A DNA stretch of 64,000 bases from an uncultured Clostridium sp. (GCA_947567695.1 CANONT010000001.1:9416-73415); one strand, 5' to 3'. Counted from the stretch's first letter, positions 11,124-22,674 are shown. The notes: generated from the letters alone by a model not told the origin. Translations and numbers: made by a program.

Positions 11124-11170
11124 GGCGAGTCTGGGACAGGCACAAACTCACCATAGGTACAACTCGCCAT
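11124..11170 (+). repeat. REP-like hairpin GGCGAGTCTG-GGACAGGCA-CAAACTCACC plus a partial arm
   Basis: It belongs to the same family as 9087-9130 in the same orientation. It lies immediately after the GH15 stop and upstream of the RAYT gene. Confidence 0.8.
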
Positions 11171-11338
11171 TTTAGAGGCAATTTAAGGTGGATATTGTTT
11201 TACTACTGGTTGGTATCATGAGAAATAGGTAAAATTAAAATGTAAATAAATGTAAAAAAGTATAGCAAAACAGAAAAAAATGTGTTATACTCTTTTTATG
11301 GTATCTATATCAAATATTATATGTAAGGAGGTAATTGA

Positions 11339-11899
11339 TTGCCAAGACAGCCTAGAAGAAAAAGTCATAGCAAGGTATATCATTGCATGCTAAGAGGAAT
11401 TAATAAACAAGATATTTTTTTTGAAGAAAAGGATTATTTAGAATTTCAAGATATTATTAAAAAAACGAAGAAGAATTTTTTATATCAATTATATTCATAT
11501 GTTTTAATGCCAAATCATATTCATTTAGAAATCAAAGATAAAAATCAAAAATTGTCCCCAATTATTCATAGTATGGCAACTAGTTATGCCAATTATTTTA
11601 ATAAGAAATATAAAAGAGTAGGTCATGTATTCGAAAATCGATTTCAAAGTAAAAATGTGGAAGATCATCATTATATGTTAGATTTAATTAGATATATTCA
11701 TCAAAATCCAGTAAAAGCAGGAATTAGCCAGATGAATCGATATAAGTGGAGTAGCTATTTGGAATATTTTGAGGGAGAGAAATTAAAACAAGAGGATAAA
11801 ATAGTGGATACAGAGGGAATTTTAGAAATGTTTTCATTAGATAAAGAGCAAGCTAGAAAAGAATTTTTAAAATTTAATAGAAAAACTTTGAATTATTAG
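11339..11899 (+). CDS. IS200-like Y1 transposase of the REP-associated (RAYT) type
   Basis: It shows YHCMLRG.N...IF, the HUH-like LMPNHIHLEI and VGHVFENRFQSK...YIHQNPVKAG (catalytic Tyr region). It is flanked by inverted REP hairpins. The start is TTG. Confidence 0.8.
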   Translation: MPRQPRRKSHSKVYHCMLRGINKQDIFFEEKDYLEFQDIIKKTKKNFLYQLYSYVLMPNHIHLEIKDKNQKLSPIIHSMATSYANYFNKKYKRVGHVFENRFQSKNVEDHHYMLDLIRYIHQNPVKAGISQMNRYKWSSYLEYFEGEKLKQEDKIVDTEGILEMFSLDKEQARKEFLKFNRKTLNY

Positions 11900-11907
11900 A
11901 ATATGAG

Positions 11908-12138
11908 ATGAGGAATAAATTGACAGATGAAGAGGTAATTTATTTTATAAAAAAAGAATTGAAAATTTATAATATTCAAGAAATACAAAAGTATAATACG
12001 AATGATAGAGATAAAATTATACAGAGAATTAGAAAGTTTAATGGAGTAATACAAAAGCAAATAGCAAGAATATTAGGAATTAATATTAGAATGATACAGA
12101 GAGCTTATACGAAAGAAAATAAAATAAGTGATAAATAA
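11908..12138 (+). CDS. Small helix-turn-helix protein (DnaA-C-terminal-like HTH), likely a detached C-terminal module of the RAYT protein
   Basis: The sequence ...RDKIIQRIRKFNGVIQKQIARILGINIRMIQRA is HTH-like. It starts 9 nt after the RAYT stop in a different frame. Confidence 0.45.
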   Translation: MRNKLTDEEVIYFIKKELKIYNIQEIQKYNTNDRDKIIQRIRKFNGVIQKQIARILGINIRMIQRAYTKENKISDK

Positions 12139-12140
12139 AT

Positions 12141-12202
12141 GGTGAGTTTGTGCTTGTAGTGGTTTGTGCCTGTGGCGAGTTTGTGCCTGTCCCAAAGTCG
12201 CC
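12141..12202 (-). repeat. REP-like hairpin in inverted orientation (GGCGAGTTTG-TGCCTGTCC-CAAAGTCGCC) with upstream partial arm copies
   Basis: The reverse complement is GGCGACTTTG-GGACAGGCA-CAAACTCGCC. It forms an inverted pair with 11124-11170 around the RAYT gene. Confidence 0.8.
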
Positions 12203-12339
12203 ACTCCAAAAAATAAAAAAGTACTTGCATTGTATTGTTTTTTGGTATAAAATGGATTTGCCCAAGGAAATTGGGTAATACTATATATAATGAAAATAGA
12301 TGCGAAAACGAATATAAATTAGATTTATTGTGTTTTTAG

Positions 12340-13368
<1,029 letters not shown>

Positions 13369-13417
13369 TAAAATTAGATAAATGTGTGTTTAGTAGACAA
13401 TAACTGAGATAAATATG

Positions 13418-13476
13418 GCGATTCTAAGATTTTCTTGAAATTTGTATGGATAGAAAATTTTAGAATCGCTTTTATT
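13418..13476 (+). terminator. Rho-independent terminator after gap
   Basis: A 17-bp stem GCGATTCTAAGATTTTC / GAAAATTTTAGAATCGC is followed by a T-rich tract. Confidence 0.65.
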
Positions 13477-13483
13477 TCATTTG

Positions 13484-13731
13484 TAACTATTTAGAGGTTA
13501 GGCAATTTAAATAAAAGGAATATATCAATAAAAATTTAAGGAATGAGCGAATGTAGGAACTTTGAGCTAGAAATTTTTAAGTGAATTTTATGGAAAGAGT
13601 TCACGTGTGTCGTGGAAGGGTGCCATAAAAAGCACTTTAAAATTTCTGCGAAAAGTGAACGACCCGAGCGATTGACGCGAATTTTTTATTGATATATTCC
13701 TTTATATATTTTAATACCGCTAAATAGTTAC
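13484..13731 (+). mobile_element. MITE-like long-hairpin element, family A, copy 1
   Basis: Outer inverted repeat is GTAACTATTTAG/CTAAATAGTTAC. Inner terminal inverted repeat is GGAATATATCAATAAAAA/TTTTTATTGATATATTCC. The core of about 165 nt is identical to the reverse complement of 35950-36115. Confidence 0.75.
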
Positions 13732-13820
13732 TTTCATTTATAGAAAATGCCACAAAACTATTGCAATTTATGGTCAAAATTTGTTATAATAAGGAAGATG
13801 TAAAACAACAAAAAGAAAGG

Positions 13821-13913
13821 ATGTTAACAGAAATGAAAAACTGTTTCAAAAAAGCAAACTTAATAGTGGTACTAAGTGTTTTCTTAATCGTTGTTTTATT
13901 TTTATTCAAATAA
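13821..13913 (+). CDS. Possible 30-aa hydrophobic micropeptide (MLTEMKNCFKKANLIVVLSVFLIVVLFLFK)
   Basis: RBS-like GAAAGG lies directly upstream and there is a single predicted TM helix. It is below the ORF-track cutoff and I have no homology evidence. Confidence 0.25.
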   Translation: MLTEMKNCFKKANLIVVLSVFLIVVLFLFK

Positions 13914-13964
13914 TTGATAAGGAGTTTATTCCTTATTTTTTTATGTTCAGGAAAGGAGTATCAT

Positions 13965-15044
13965 ATGAAAGAATTCAACAAAAAAATCGTATTAGAAGAT
14001 GGAGAAGAATATTATGGGTATGGCTTTGGAGCTGATAAAGAAGCCATCTGTGAAATTGTATTCAATACTTCTATGGTAGGATATCAAGAAATTGTATCAG
14101 ACCCATCTTATACCTATCAAATGGTAGTTATGACATATCCATTAATTGGAAATTATGGAATAACAGATGATGATTATGAGACCAAGCAACCAACCATAGG
14201 TGGGATGGTAGTAAGAGAATATAATGATTTACCAAGTAACTTTCGCTATACCAAAACATTGTCAGAATATTTAGAAGAAAATGATATACCAGGAATTGCT
14301 GGCATTGATACCAGAAAATTAACAAGAAGTATCCGAGAAAAGGGAAGTAGAAAGGTAATTATAACAGATAGTAACACTAGTAAACAAGAAGCTTTAAAGA
14401 AATTAGAAGAAACGGAAATACCAAGAGATGCTATAGCAAAAGTAAGTTGTAAGAAAAAGTGGTACTCCAGAACAGCTAATGCGAAGTATAATGTGGTAGC
14501 GATTGATTGTGGGATTAAATTGAATATCATCAGGAGTTTAAATCAAAGAGGTTGCAATGTAACTGTGGTGCCTTATAATACAAGTGCAGAAGACATTATA
14601 AATTTGAAACCAGATGGCATATTTTTGTCCAATGGACCAGGTGACCCTGAAGATGTGACAGAAGTAATTCAATTAGTAAAAGAGTTAAAAGGAAAATATC
14701 CGATCTTTGGAATTTGTTTAGGACATCAAATGATCAGTTTGGCTTATGGTGCCAAAACTTATAAATTGAAGTTTGGTCATAGAGGAGGAAATCACCCAGT
14801 TGTCAATTTGGAAAATGGTAAGATTGAAATAACAAGTCAAAATCATAGTTATGCTGTCGATGATAAGTCTTTAGAGCAAACAGAATTAACAGCGACTCAT
14901 AAAAACATTTTAGATGATACGATTGAAGGAGTAGAATGTAAAAAACATAAGGTGTTTAGTGTGCAGTATCACCCAGAGAGTGCACCAGGTCCACAAGATA
15001 GTGGGTACTTGTTTGATAAATTTATCATGCTATTGAACAAATAA
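13965..15044 (+). CDS. carA: Carbamoyl-phosphate synthase small (glutaminase) subunit
   Basis: The N-terminus is [14 protein letters not shown]. The GATase triad region is GICLGHQ ... QYHPES. RBS AGGAG lies 7 nt before the ATG at 13965. Confidence 0.92.
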   Translation: MKEFNKKIVLEDGEEYYGYGFGADKEAICEIVFNTSMVGYQEIVSDPSYTYQMVVMTYPLIGNYGITDDDYETKQPTIGGMVVREYNDLPSNFRYTKTLSEYLEENDIPGIAGIDTRKLTRSIREKGSRKVIITDSNTSKQEALKKLEETEIPRDAIAKVSCKKKWYSRTANAKYNVVAIDCGIKLNIIRSLNQRGCNVTVVPYNTSAEDIINLKPDGIFLSNGPGDPEDVTEVIQLVKELKGKYPIFGICLGHQMISLAYGAKTYKLKFGHRGGNHPVVNLENGKIEITSQNHSYAVDDKSLEQTELTATHKNILDDTIEGVECKKHKVFSVQYHPESAPGPQDSGYLFDKFIMLLNK

Positions 15045-15111
15045 TGGTAGCAAAGTTAATAGAATAAAGTATTTAATAGTCATAAAATTAAAGGAAGAAA
15101 GGGGAAGAAAA

Positions 15112-18100
15112 ATGCCAAAAAGAAAAGATATAAAAACGGTACTAGTAATCGGTTCAGGTCCCATTGTAATTGGGCAAGCAGCGGAATTTGACTATGCAGG
15201 AACACAAGCTTGTCTAGCCTTAAAAGAAGAGGGATATAAGGTTATATTAGTGAATTCCAATCCGGCTACTATTATGACAGATACAACCATTGCAGATAAA
15301 GTTTATATGGAGCCGCTAACCTTAGAATATGTTGCTAAAATTATTCGATATGAAAGACCAGATGCGATTCTTCCGGGAATTGGAGGGCAAACAGGTTTAA
15401 ATATTGCTATGCAGTTATATCAAAAAGGAATTTTACAAGAATGCCAAGTGGAGCTTTTAGGAACGAGTAGTGAAAGTATTGAAAAGGCAGAAGATAGAGA
15501 AAAGTTTAAAGAATTGTGTGAAGAACTAGGAGAGCCAGTATTAGAGTCTATTATTGCTACTTCTGTTGAAGAGGGAATCGAGGCAGCTAATAAAATTGGT
15601 TATCCTGTTGTTTTAAGACCTGCTTTTACTTTAGGAGGTACAGGTGGAGGTTTTGCTGATAACGAGGAAGAATTGAAAGAAATTATGAAACATGCCCTAA
15701 AACTTTCCCCAGTAGGACAAGTTTTAGTGGAAAAAAGTATCAAAGGTTATAAAGAAATAGAATATGAAGTAATTCGCGATAAAAATGATACAGCAATTAC
15801 GGTATGTAATATGGAAAATTTAGATCCAGTAGGAATTCACACAGGGGATTCGATTGTTGTGGCACCAAGCCAAACTTTGACCAATAAAGAGTATCAGTTA
15901 TTAAGAGACAGTGCCTTAAAAATTATTAGAGCTTTGAAAATTGAAGGAGGTTGTAATGTTCAATTTGCACTAGATCCGCATTCTTTCAACTATTATTTAA
16001 TTGAAGTAAACCCAAGAGTATCACGTTCCTCAGCATTGGCTTCTAAAGCAAGTGGTTATCCAATTGCTAGAGTTTCTGCTAAAATTGCGATTGGTATGAG
16101 GTTAGATGAAATCATGTTAGCGAATACTCCAGCTAGTTTTGAACCAGCATTAGATTATGTGGTTTCTAAAGTAGCAAGATTTCCATTTGATAAATTTACT
16201 CTTGCTTCTAATAAATTAAGTACCCAAATGAAGGCAACAGGAGAGGTGATGAGTGTAGGAAGAACCTTAGAAGAGAGCTTGTTAAAAGCGATTCGTTCTT
16301 TGGAGATTGGTGTTTGTCATATTCAAATGGACAAATTTAATGAAGTGGAAACAGAAGAATTAATGACCTATATCAAAGAGGGAACCGATGATAGAATTTA
16401 TGCGATAGCAGAATTGGTGAGAAGAGATGTAGATTTAGGCTTGATTTATAACATAACAAAGATTGATATGTTTTTCTTAGATAAAATTAAAAATATCATT
16501 AAAGCAGAAAAGATATTAGCAGAAAATAAGGACGATATTGCTGTTTTCAAACAAGTTAAGAAAATGGGATTTAGTGATAAATACATTGCTAAAATGTGGG
16601 GAAAAACAGAAGAAGAGATTTATTTACTAAGAAAGAAAGAGAATATTTATCCTGTTTACAAAATGATTGATACTTGTAGCAGTGAATTTGAAAGTTATGT
16701 GCCATATTTTTATTCAACCTATGAAGAAGAAAACGAATCTATCATCAGTAATAAAAAGAAAATGATTGTACTAGGTGCTGGCCCAATTAGAATTGGACAA
16801 GGGGTAGAGTTTGATTATTCTACGGTTCATGCGATAAAAACGATTAAAGAAGCAGGCTATGAAGCCATTATTATTAATAATAATCCAGAGACGGTTTCAA
16901 CGGATTATACGACAAGTGACAAGTTATATTTTGAACCACTAACCGTGGAAGATGTGATGAATATTATTGATTTAGAAAAACCAGAAGGGGTAATTGCTGC
17001 ATTAGGAGGGCAAACAGCGATTAACTTGGCAGAACCACTTTCTAATTTAGGGGTCAAAATCATTGGGACAGACGTCAACGCAATTGAAAAAGCAGAAAAT
17101 AGAGATGCTTTTGAGAAAGTAATGCAAGAATTAAAATTATTACAACCAAAGGGACAAGCGGTAACTAAGATACAAGATGGTATTCAAGTAGCAGAAGAAA
17201 TCGGTTATCCTGTTTTGGTGAGACCAAGCTATGTGCTAGGTGGAAGAGCTATGCAGATTGTTTCTAATAAAGAAGCTTTAGAAAAGTATTTAAAAACAGC
17301 AGTAGAGGTTAATACGAAACAACCGGTTTTGGTTGATAAATACATTATAGGGAAAGAATTAGAAGTGGATGCAGTTTGTGATGGAAAAGATGTGTTTGTA
17401 CCAGGTATTATGGAACATGTTGAAAAAACAGGGATCCATTCAGGGGATAGTATTAGTATTTATCCGACTTTTAGCGTGAGTGAAAAAGCAAAACAAACGA
17501 TTTTAGATTATACCGTAAAATTAGGGTTAGGAATTGGAATTGTAGGACTTTATAATATTCAATTTATTGTAGATAAAAACGAAGATGTATATGTAATTGA
17601 GGTAAATCCGAGATCTTCCAGAACCGTACCATTTATCTCGAAATCAACAGGCTATTCTTTGGCTGATATTGGAACTTTAGTCATGCTAGGTAAGAGTTTG
17701 AAAGAACAAGGTATCACAGAAGTGTATCCAAGAGAAAAAGAAAAATGGTATGTCAAGGCACCAGCCTTTTCATTCTCTAAGTTGAATGGTTTAGATGCTT
17801 GTCTTTCACCAGAAATGAAGTCAACAGGAGAAGCAATTGGTTATGATAAAAAATTGACAAGGGCTTTGTATAAAGCATTGCAGTCTTCTGGTATGCGTTT
17901 GGCTAATTATGGAACGATTTTTGTGACAATTGCGAATAAGGATAAGGAGGAAGCTCTTCCTTTGATTCAAAGATTTTACAATTTAGGGTTCAATATAGAG
18001 GCAACCGAAGGAACGGCTAAATTCTTAAAAGAACAAGGTATCCGTACAAGGATTAAAAAGAAGATTAGCGAAGGTAGTGAAGAGATTTTGGATTCTATGA

Positions 18101-18291
18101 GAAAAGGATATGTGAGTTATGTGATTAATACGAGAAATATTGATTCGATTGATCAAGAGACAGATGGTGCCTTGATTAGAAGGTGTGCGGTTGATAATAA
18201 TATTCCGATTTTTACAGCTTTAGATACAGTAAGGGTTCTACTGGATGTACTAGAGGAGATTACACTTGGAATTTCAACGATTGATGAGTGA
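15112..18291 (+). CDS. carB: Carbamoyl-phosphate synthase large subunit
   Basis: It has duplicated ATP-grasp halves ([17 protein letters not shown] and [15 protein letters not shown]) and an MGS-like C-terminal domain, over 1059 aa. Confidence 0.95.
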   Translation: MPKRKDIKTVLVIGSGPIVIGQAAEFDYAGTQACLALKEEGYKVILVNSNPATIMTDTTIADKVYMEPLTLEYVAKIIRYERPDAILPGIGGQTGLNIAMQLYQKGILQECQVELLGTSSESIEKAEDREKFKELCEELGEPVLESIIATSVEEGIEAANKIGYPVVLRPAFTLGGTGGGFADNEEELKEIMKHALKLSPVGQVLVEKSIKGYKEIEYEVIRDKNDTAITVCNMENLDPVGIHTGDSIVVAPSQTLTNKEYQLLRDSALKIIRALKIEGGCNVQFALDPHSFNYYLIEVNPRVSRSSALASKASGYPIARVSAKIAIGMRLDEIMLANTPASFEPALDYVVSKVARFPFDKFTLASNKLSTQMKATGEVMSVGRTLEESLLKAIRSLEIGVCHIQMDKFNEVETEELMTYIKEGTDDRIYAIAELVRRDVDLGLIYNITKIDMFFLDKIKNIIKAEKILAENKDDIAVFKQVKKMGFSDKYIAKMWGKTEEEIYLLRKKENIYPVYKMIDTCSSEFESYVPYFYSTYEEENESIISNKKKMIVLGAGPIRIGQGVEFDYSTVHAIKTIKEAGYEAIIINNNPETVSTDYTTSDKLYFEPLTVEDVMNIIDLEKPEGVIAALGGQTAINLAEPLSNLGVKIIGTDVNAIEKAENRDAFEKVMQELKLLQPKGQAVTKIQDGIQVAEEIGYPVLVRPSYVLGGRAMQIVSNKEALEKYLKTAVEVNTKQPVLVDKYIIGKELEVDAVCDGKDVFVPGIMEHVEKTGIHSGDSISIYPTFSVSEKAKQTILDYTVKLGLGIGIVGLYNIQFIVDKNEDVYVIEVNPRSSRTVPFISKSTGYSLADIGTLVMLGKSLKEQGITEVYPREKEKWYVKAPAFSFSKLNGLDACLSPEMKSTGEAIGYDKKLTRALYKALQSSGMRLANYGTIFVTIANKDKEEALPLIQRFYNLGFNIEATEGTAKFLKEQGIRTRIKKKISEGSEEILDSMRKGYVSYVINTRNIDSIDQETDGALIRRCAVDNNIPIFTALDTVRVLLDVLEEITLGISTIDE

Positions 18292-18323
18292 AACAATCAT
18301 GTTTGATTTGCTGTAAAAGAAAG

Positions 18324-18360
18324 ATAGCTTAGGAGAGAAAAAATCCTAGGCTATATTTTG
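18324..18360 (+). terminator. Rho-independent terminator after carB
   Basis: ATAGCTTAGGA / TCCTAGGCTAT stem is followed by ATTTTG. Confidence 0.6.
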
Positions 18361-18405
18361 ATTTTATAATAGTAACAACAATTTAACAAAATTTTCCAAA
18401 AAGGA

Positions 18406-18434
18406 TTGACAAGTACTAAAAAACAGATTATGAT
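18406..18434 (+). promoter_or_regulatory. Sigma-A-like promoter (TTGACA-17-TATGAT) with no obvious downstream gene
   Basis: This is a consensus match only. Confidence 0.35.
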
Positions 18435-18641
18435 ATGGACATAATTTATTTTGGTAAAATAAAGATGCATTTTATATTAAATTTAAAGCAATTTTTTACA
18501 AAGAAAAATATTAATTCAAGAATTTATTTTCATCATTTATATCTAAAAGATAAATCAAGTAAAAAAGCAAGAAAAAATGAGATAGTAAGAGGAAATTTTC
18601 GTAGATAAAGAAATACATACATGTTTACTGCAAAATAAAAT

Positions 18642-18670
18642 TTGACTTTAAAATAAAAAGAAATTATAAT
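18642..18670 (+). promoter_or_regulatory. Sigma-A-like promoter (TTGACT-17-TATAAT) for the Rpn-family gene
   Basis: Consensus hexamers lie 18 nt upstream of the ATG at 18688. Confidence 0.5.
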
Positions 18671-18687
18671 TAGGAAAGGAAGGATAT

Positions 18688-19812
18688 ATGGAGAAATTTA
18701 CCTATCAAGATTATTTAAGATATACAAGAGAAGAATATGATTATACTAGTTTAATGGAAGAAAGTACAGAATATAACTTTGAAAAAATACATCAATACAG
18801 AGACAAAGGATATAAAGTTATTTTAGATCATAAGGATGAAGCGGTTCAATTGATTAATCGTGTATTGGAGATAGAAAATACAGAATATGAAATAAATAAT
18901 GAGCAAATTGAAAAATACAATAGCAGTTTTATAACGCAAAATTTTAAATCAAAAGAATCAGATTTAGTCTATAAGAAAAAAGGAGAAGACATATTTTTCT
19001 TAATTGAGCAACAATCGAAAGTAGATTACACGATGGCTTATCGCATATTAAATTATTGTATCGAAATTATAAGAAGTGCTATAGATCAAAATAAATTTGG
19101 AAAAAAAGCATATCAAATACCAGCAGTTTATCCAATTGTTTTGTATACAGGGAAGGAAAAATGGAACGCTAAAAAATATTTTGAAGAATGTCAGGTAAAA
19201 TTGAAAGGTGCAACAAAGACAACTTTTGCTTCGTATAACTTAATGGATATCAATTGTCTAACAGAAGAAGAATTATGGCATCAAAATAATTTCTTATCCA
19301 AAATGCTATTATTGGAAAAGATAGAAGAAGGGCAAATAGAAGAATATTTTACTAGAATAGGAAATGAAAGTTTTACGAGTCAAGAAATTAATATACTAAT
19401 ACACATGATGTATGGCTCTTTAAATAGAAAAATGAACCAAAATAGATTACAAGAGTTTATTCAAAAAATAAAAAGTAAACAAGGAGGTGATCATATGGGA
19501 TTAACTGCATTAGAAAGATATTGGGATAGGAAATTTGATGAGAAAATGGAACAGGGGTTGAAACAAGGTTTGCAAAAAGGTATGAAACAAGGGATTCAAC
19601 AAGGACTTGAGAAAGGCATGGAGAAAGGCATGGAGAAAGGCATGGAGAAAGGCATGGAGAAAGGCATCGAGAAAGGTATTGAGAAAGGAAAGAAAGAATA
19701 TAAAATAGCCATTATCTTAAAAATGTTAAAAAATAATATGGATGAAGAAATTATTAAAAAGATGACAGAAATTACACAAAAGGAATTAGAGGAAATAAAA
19801 AAACAAGCATAA
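18688..19812 (+). CDS. Rpn-family recombination-promoting nuclease / putative transposase (PD-(D/E)xK, YhgA-like)
   Basis: It has the ESDLVYKK....IFFLIEQQSKVDYTMAYRILNY core and AVYPIVLYTG. The C-terminal low-complexity (E/Q)KG(M/I/L) repeats are typical of the family. Confidence 0.75.
   Translation: MEKFTYQDYLRYTREEYDYTSLMEESTEYNFEKIHQYRDKGYKVILDHKDEAVQLINRVLEIENTEYEINNEQIEKYNSSFITQNFKSKESDLVYKKKGEDIFFLIEQQSKVDYTMAYRILNYCIEIIRSAIDQNKFGKKAYQIPAVYPIVLYTGKEKWNAKKYFEECQVKLKGATKTTFASYNLMDINCLTEEELWHQNNFLSKMLLLEKIEEGQIEEYFTRIGNESFTSQEINILIHMMYGSLNRKMNQNRLQEFIQKIKSKQGGDHMGLTALERYWDRKFDEKMEQGLKQGLQKGMKQGIQQGLEKGMEKGMEKGMEKGMEKGIEKGIEKGKKEYKIAIILKMLKNNMDEEIIKKMTEITQKELEEIKKQA
19609..19692 (+). repeat. 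12-bp tandem repeat (GAGAAAGGCATG x4 perfect, then 3 degenerate units) encoding (EKGM)n
   Basis: Read directly. Degenerate units extend upstream to about 19549. Confidence 0.9.
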
Positions 19813-19820
19813 AATATATG

Positions 19821-19849
19821 AAAAGAATACTTGAAAAGTATTCTTTTTT
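19821..19849 (+). terminator. Rho-independent terminator
   Basis: AGAATACTT/AAGTATTCT stem is followed by TTTTTT. Confidence 0.7.
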
Positions 19850-20080
19850 GGTATAAAATGGTATTGGTTTAAGAAAAAAGGCAATACTATAATAGTAAGA
19901 TGAAAGAATGCTAAGGGAATAAAAGTTGAAAAATAATTGACATTTTGCTAAAATGGTTCGAGTGAAACGAATTGCAGATATAGAATGCAAGTTATAAGGC
20001 AAATTGCATTTGTTATAATAGCTTAGTCACATATTAAATTATTTTCCAACTGTTTTTGCCAAAAGAAAGGAAGATGAAAA

Positions 20081-21265
20081 ATGAATAAAAAAACAGTAAA
20101 AGACATTGATTTAAAAGGGAAGAAGGTATTAGTACGTTGCGACTTCAATGTACCAATGGACGAGAGTCAAAACATAACAGACAATACAAGAATCGTAGCA
20201 GCTTTACCAACCATAAGATATTTGTTGGAAAATGATTGTGCTATTATTTTGTGTTCACATTTGGGAAGACCAAAAGGAGAATTCAAACCAGAATTTTCGT
20301 TAAAACCAGTAGCAAAAGAATTAGCAAACTTATTAGGAAAAGAAGTCATTATGGCAAATGATGTTATAGGAGAAGATGCCAAAACAAAAGCAACTAATTT
20401 GGAACAAGGACAAATTTTATTGTTAGAAAACGTAAGATTTCATAAAGAAGAAACGGATAATGACTCAGCATTTGCAAAAGAATTGGCTAGTATGGCAGAA
20501 ATTTATGTAAGTGATGCTTTTGGTTCTACTCATAGAGCACATGCTTCCACAGCAGGTGTGGCAAAGTTTTTACCAGCTGTATCAGGATTTCTAATTGAAA
20601 AAGAATTACAATTTTTGGGAAATGCAATCTCTAATCCAGAAAGACCATTTGTTGCTATTTTAGGAGGAGCCAAAGTTTCTGATAAAATAGGTGTCATTGA
20701 TAGCTTGCTAGAAAAAGTTGATACATTAATGATTGGAGGAGGAATGGCATATACATTCTTTAAGGCACAAGGTTATGAAGTAGGAAATTCAATTTGTGAA
20801 CTGGATAAATTAGATTTAGCAAAAGATTTGATGAAAAAGGCAGAAGAAAAAGGTGTTAAATTAATGCTTCCAGTAGATACCAAAATAGGGAAAGAGTTTA
20901 AACCAGATACGGAAAGTAAAATAGTGGCTTGGACAGAAATTCCAGAAGGCTGGGAAGGTTTTGATATAGGGGAAGAAACGATTAAGATGTTTTCTGAAGA
21001 ATTAAGAAAGGCTAAGACAGTAGTGTGGAATGGTCCTTTGGGATTATTTGAGTTTGATCAATTTGCTGTTGGTACGAATGAAATCGCAAATGTACTAGCG
21101 GAAATTGATGCTACTACTATTATTGGTGGCGGAGATTCTTCAGCAGCAGTGAAGAAAGCAAATTTAGAGGATAAGATGACTCATATTTCAACAGGTGGTG
21201 GTGCTTCACTAGAATTTTTAGAGGGGAAGGCTTTGCCTGGTATAGAGTGCCTTCTAAACAAATAA
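20081..21265 (+). CDS. pgk: Phosphoglycerate kinase
   Basis: Signatures are [18 protein letters not shown] and GGGDS...[14 protein letters not shown]. Confidence 0.95.
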   Translation: MNKKTVKDIDLKGKKVLVRCDFNVPMDESQNITDNTRIVAALPTIRYLLENDCAIILCSHLGRPKGEFKPEFSLKPVAKELANLLGKEVIMANDVIGEDAKTKATNLEQGQILLLENVRFHKEETDNDSAFAKELASMAEIYVSDAFGSTHRAHASTAGVAKFLPAVSGFLIEKELQFLGNAISNPERPFVAILGGAKVSDKIGVIDSLLEKVDTLMIGGGMAYTFFKAQGYEVGNSICELDKLDLAKDLMKKAEEKGVKLMLPVDTKIGKEFKPDTESKIVAWTEIPEGWEGFDIGEETIKMFSEELRKAKTVVWNGPLGLFEFDQFAVGTNEIANVLAEIDATTIIGGGDSSAAVKKANLEDKMTHISTGGGASLEFLEGKALPGIECLLNK

Positions 21266-21289
21266 AGAGTTTTAGAAAGAAGAGTAGAA

Positions 21290-21817
21290 ATGGAATTATT
21301 AGATGTGTTAGACGAAGAAGGGAATATGACAGGAAAAGTAGAAGATAAAGATATTATACATGAAAAAGCATTATGGCACAAAGAAGTAGATGCTTGGATT
21401 GTAAATGAAAAAGGAGAAATTTTAATCCAAAAAAGAGCAGAAACCAAGAAACAAGCACCCAATAAATGGATGACAACAGGAGGGCATGTAAAAAGTGGTG
21501 AAGATACAAAAAAAGCAATAGCTAGAGAAGTAAAAGAAGAAATAGGACTGGAATGTGAAAAAGAAAATTTGCATTTGATAGTAATTGCCAAGCACTGTTC
21601 TTGGAGAGGTGATAACAACGTTTTTCGTTATTTATATTTTTATCGAACACAAAAACAATTACAAGATTTTATACTGGAAAAACGAGAAGTAAGTGAGTTA
21701 AAATATATTACCATTCAAGAGTTGGAACAGATAGTAGAAAACAAAGATGAAGACTATCTATTTTGGAGAGAAGAATATATTCAAGATGTGATTCATTATT
21801 TAAAGAAAAATATATAA
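21290..21817 (+). CDS. NUDIX hydrolase
   Basis: The Nudix box [24 protein letters not shown] is present. Confidence 0.75.
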   Translation: MELLDVLDEEGNMTGKVEDKDIIHEKALWHKEVDAWIVNEKGEILIQKRAETKKQAPNKWMTTGGHVKSGEDTKKAIAREVKEEIGLECEKENLHLIVIAKHCSWRGDNNVFRYLYFYRTQKQLQDFILEKREVSELKYITIQELEQIVENKDEDYLFWREEYIQDVIHYLKKNI

Positions 21818-21830
21818 AGGAGAGAAAGTT

Positions 21831-22583
21831 ATGAGAAAAAAAATAATCGCAGGAAATTGGAAAATGAACATGCTTCCAAATGAAGCAATCAGTTTTATTG
21901 AGGAATTAGCACCATTAGTAAAAGATACTAAAAATGAGGTGATTTTATGTGTGCCATACACAGATTTATTTTATGCTTTATTAACAGCACAAAATACGAA
22001 TATCAAAATTGGAGCACAAAACATGCACTTTGAAGAAAGTGGAGCTTACACAGGAGAAGTATCTGGAAAAATGCTAAAATCTATTAATGTAGAATATGTT
22101 ATTATAGGGCATTCCGAGAGAAGGCAATATTTTAATGAAACAGATGAAACGGTCAATAAAAAAATAAAAGCAGCTTTTCAATATGGTTTAAAACCAATTG
22201 TGTGTGTAGGAGAAACATTAGAACAAAGAGAAGCAGGAAAAACAGAAGAAATCATAACGAAACAAACCGAACTAGCACTAGAGGGGCTAACAGAAGAGCA
22301 AGTCAAAAATACCATTATAGCCTATGAACCAATTTGGGCAATTGGAACAGGAAAAACAGCAACTAAGGAAGATGCTAATAACAGTATTAAAGCAATTAGA
22401 AATAAAATTGTCGAAATCTATGGACAAATGGTAGCAGATGAGGTTATAATACAGTATGGCGGAAGTGTAAAAAGCACAAATGCAAAAGAACTATTTGAAA
22501 TGTCTGATATAGATGGAGGTCTAGTTGGAGGGGCAAGTCTTAAGGCAGAGGAATTTAGTAAAATAGTTGAATTTGAAAAATAA
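21831..22583 (+). CDS. tpiA: Triose-phosphate isomerase
   Basis: Signatures are [27 protein letters not shown] and GGLVGGASL. Confidence 0.95.
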   Translation: MRKKIIAGNWKMNMLPNEAISFIEELAPLVKDTKNEVILCVPYTDLFYALLTAQNTNIKIGAQNMHFEESGAYTGEVSGKMLKSINVEYVIIGHSERRQYFNETDETVNKKIKAAFQYGLKPIVCVGETLEQREAGKTEEIITKQTELALEGLTEEQVKNTIIAYEPIWAIGTGKTATKEDANNSIKAIRNKIVEIYGQMVADEVIIQYGGSVKSTNAKELFEMSDIDGGLVGGASLKAEEFSKIVEFEK

Positions 22584-22588
22584 TTGCC

Positions 22589-22674
22589 ATTTGGCGTTGT
22601 TAAACATCATTTTTAATTTAATCAACGTGCCCGCGCACGTCTCATAAATTAAAAACTCGTTTGTCTAGCCAAAT
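22589..22674. repeat. 86-nt imperfect palindrome centred on ACGTGC-CCGC-GCACGT
   Basis: The arms ATTTGGCGTTGTTAAAC...TTTTAATTTA and TAAATTAAAA...GTTTGTCTAGCCAAAT are complementary. The right end CTAGCCAAATAAC recurs at 61108. Confidence 0.7.

Noticed and set aside
11881-11910. Programmed -1 frameshift joining the RAYT domain to the HTH ORF.
   Set aside because: There is no X-XXY-YYZ slippery heptamer in the 19-nt overlap window, only a run of five A's. There is also no obvious downstream structure.
13914-13964. An upstream start for carA (MIRSLFLIFLCSGKEYH...).
   Set aside because: The conserved CarA N-terminus begins at the ATG at 13965, which has an AGGAG RBS. The extension is hydrophobic and not family-like.
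18435-18608. A 57-aa ORF starting immediately after the -10 box of the orphan promoter at 18406-18434.
   Set aside because: The ATG abuts the -10 hexamer and would lie upstream of the likely transcription start. It has no RBS and AT-rich low-complexity composition.
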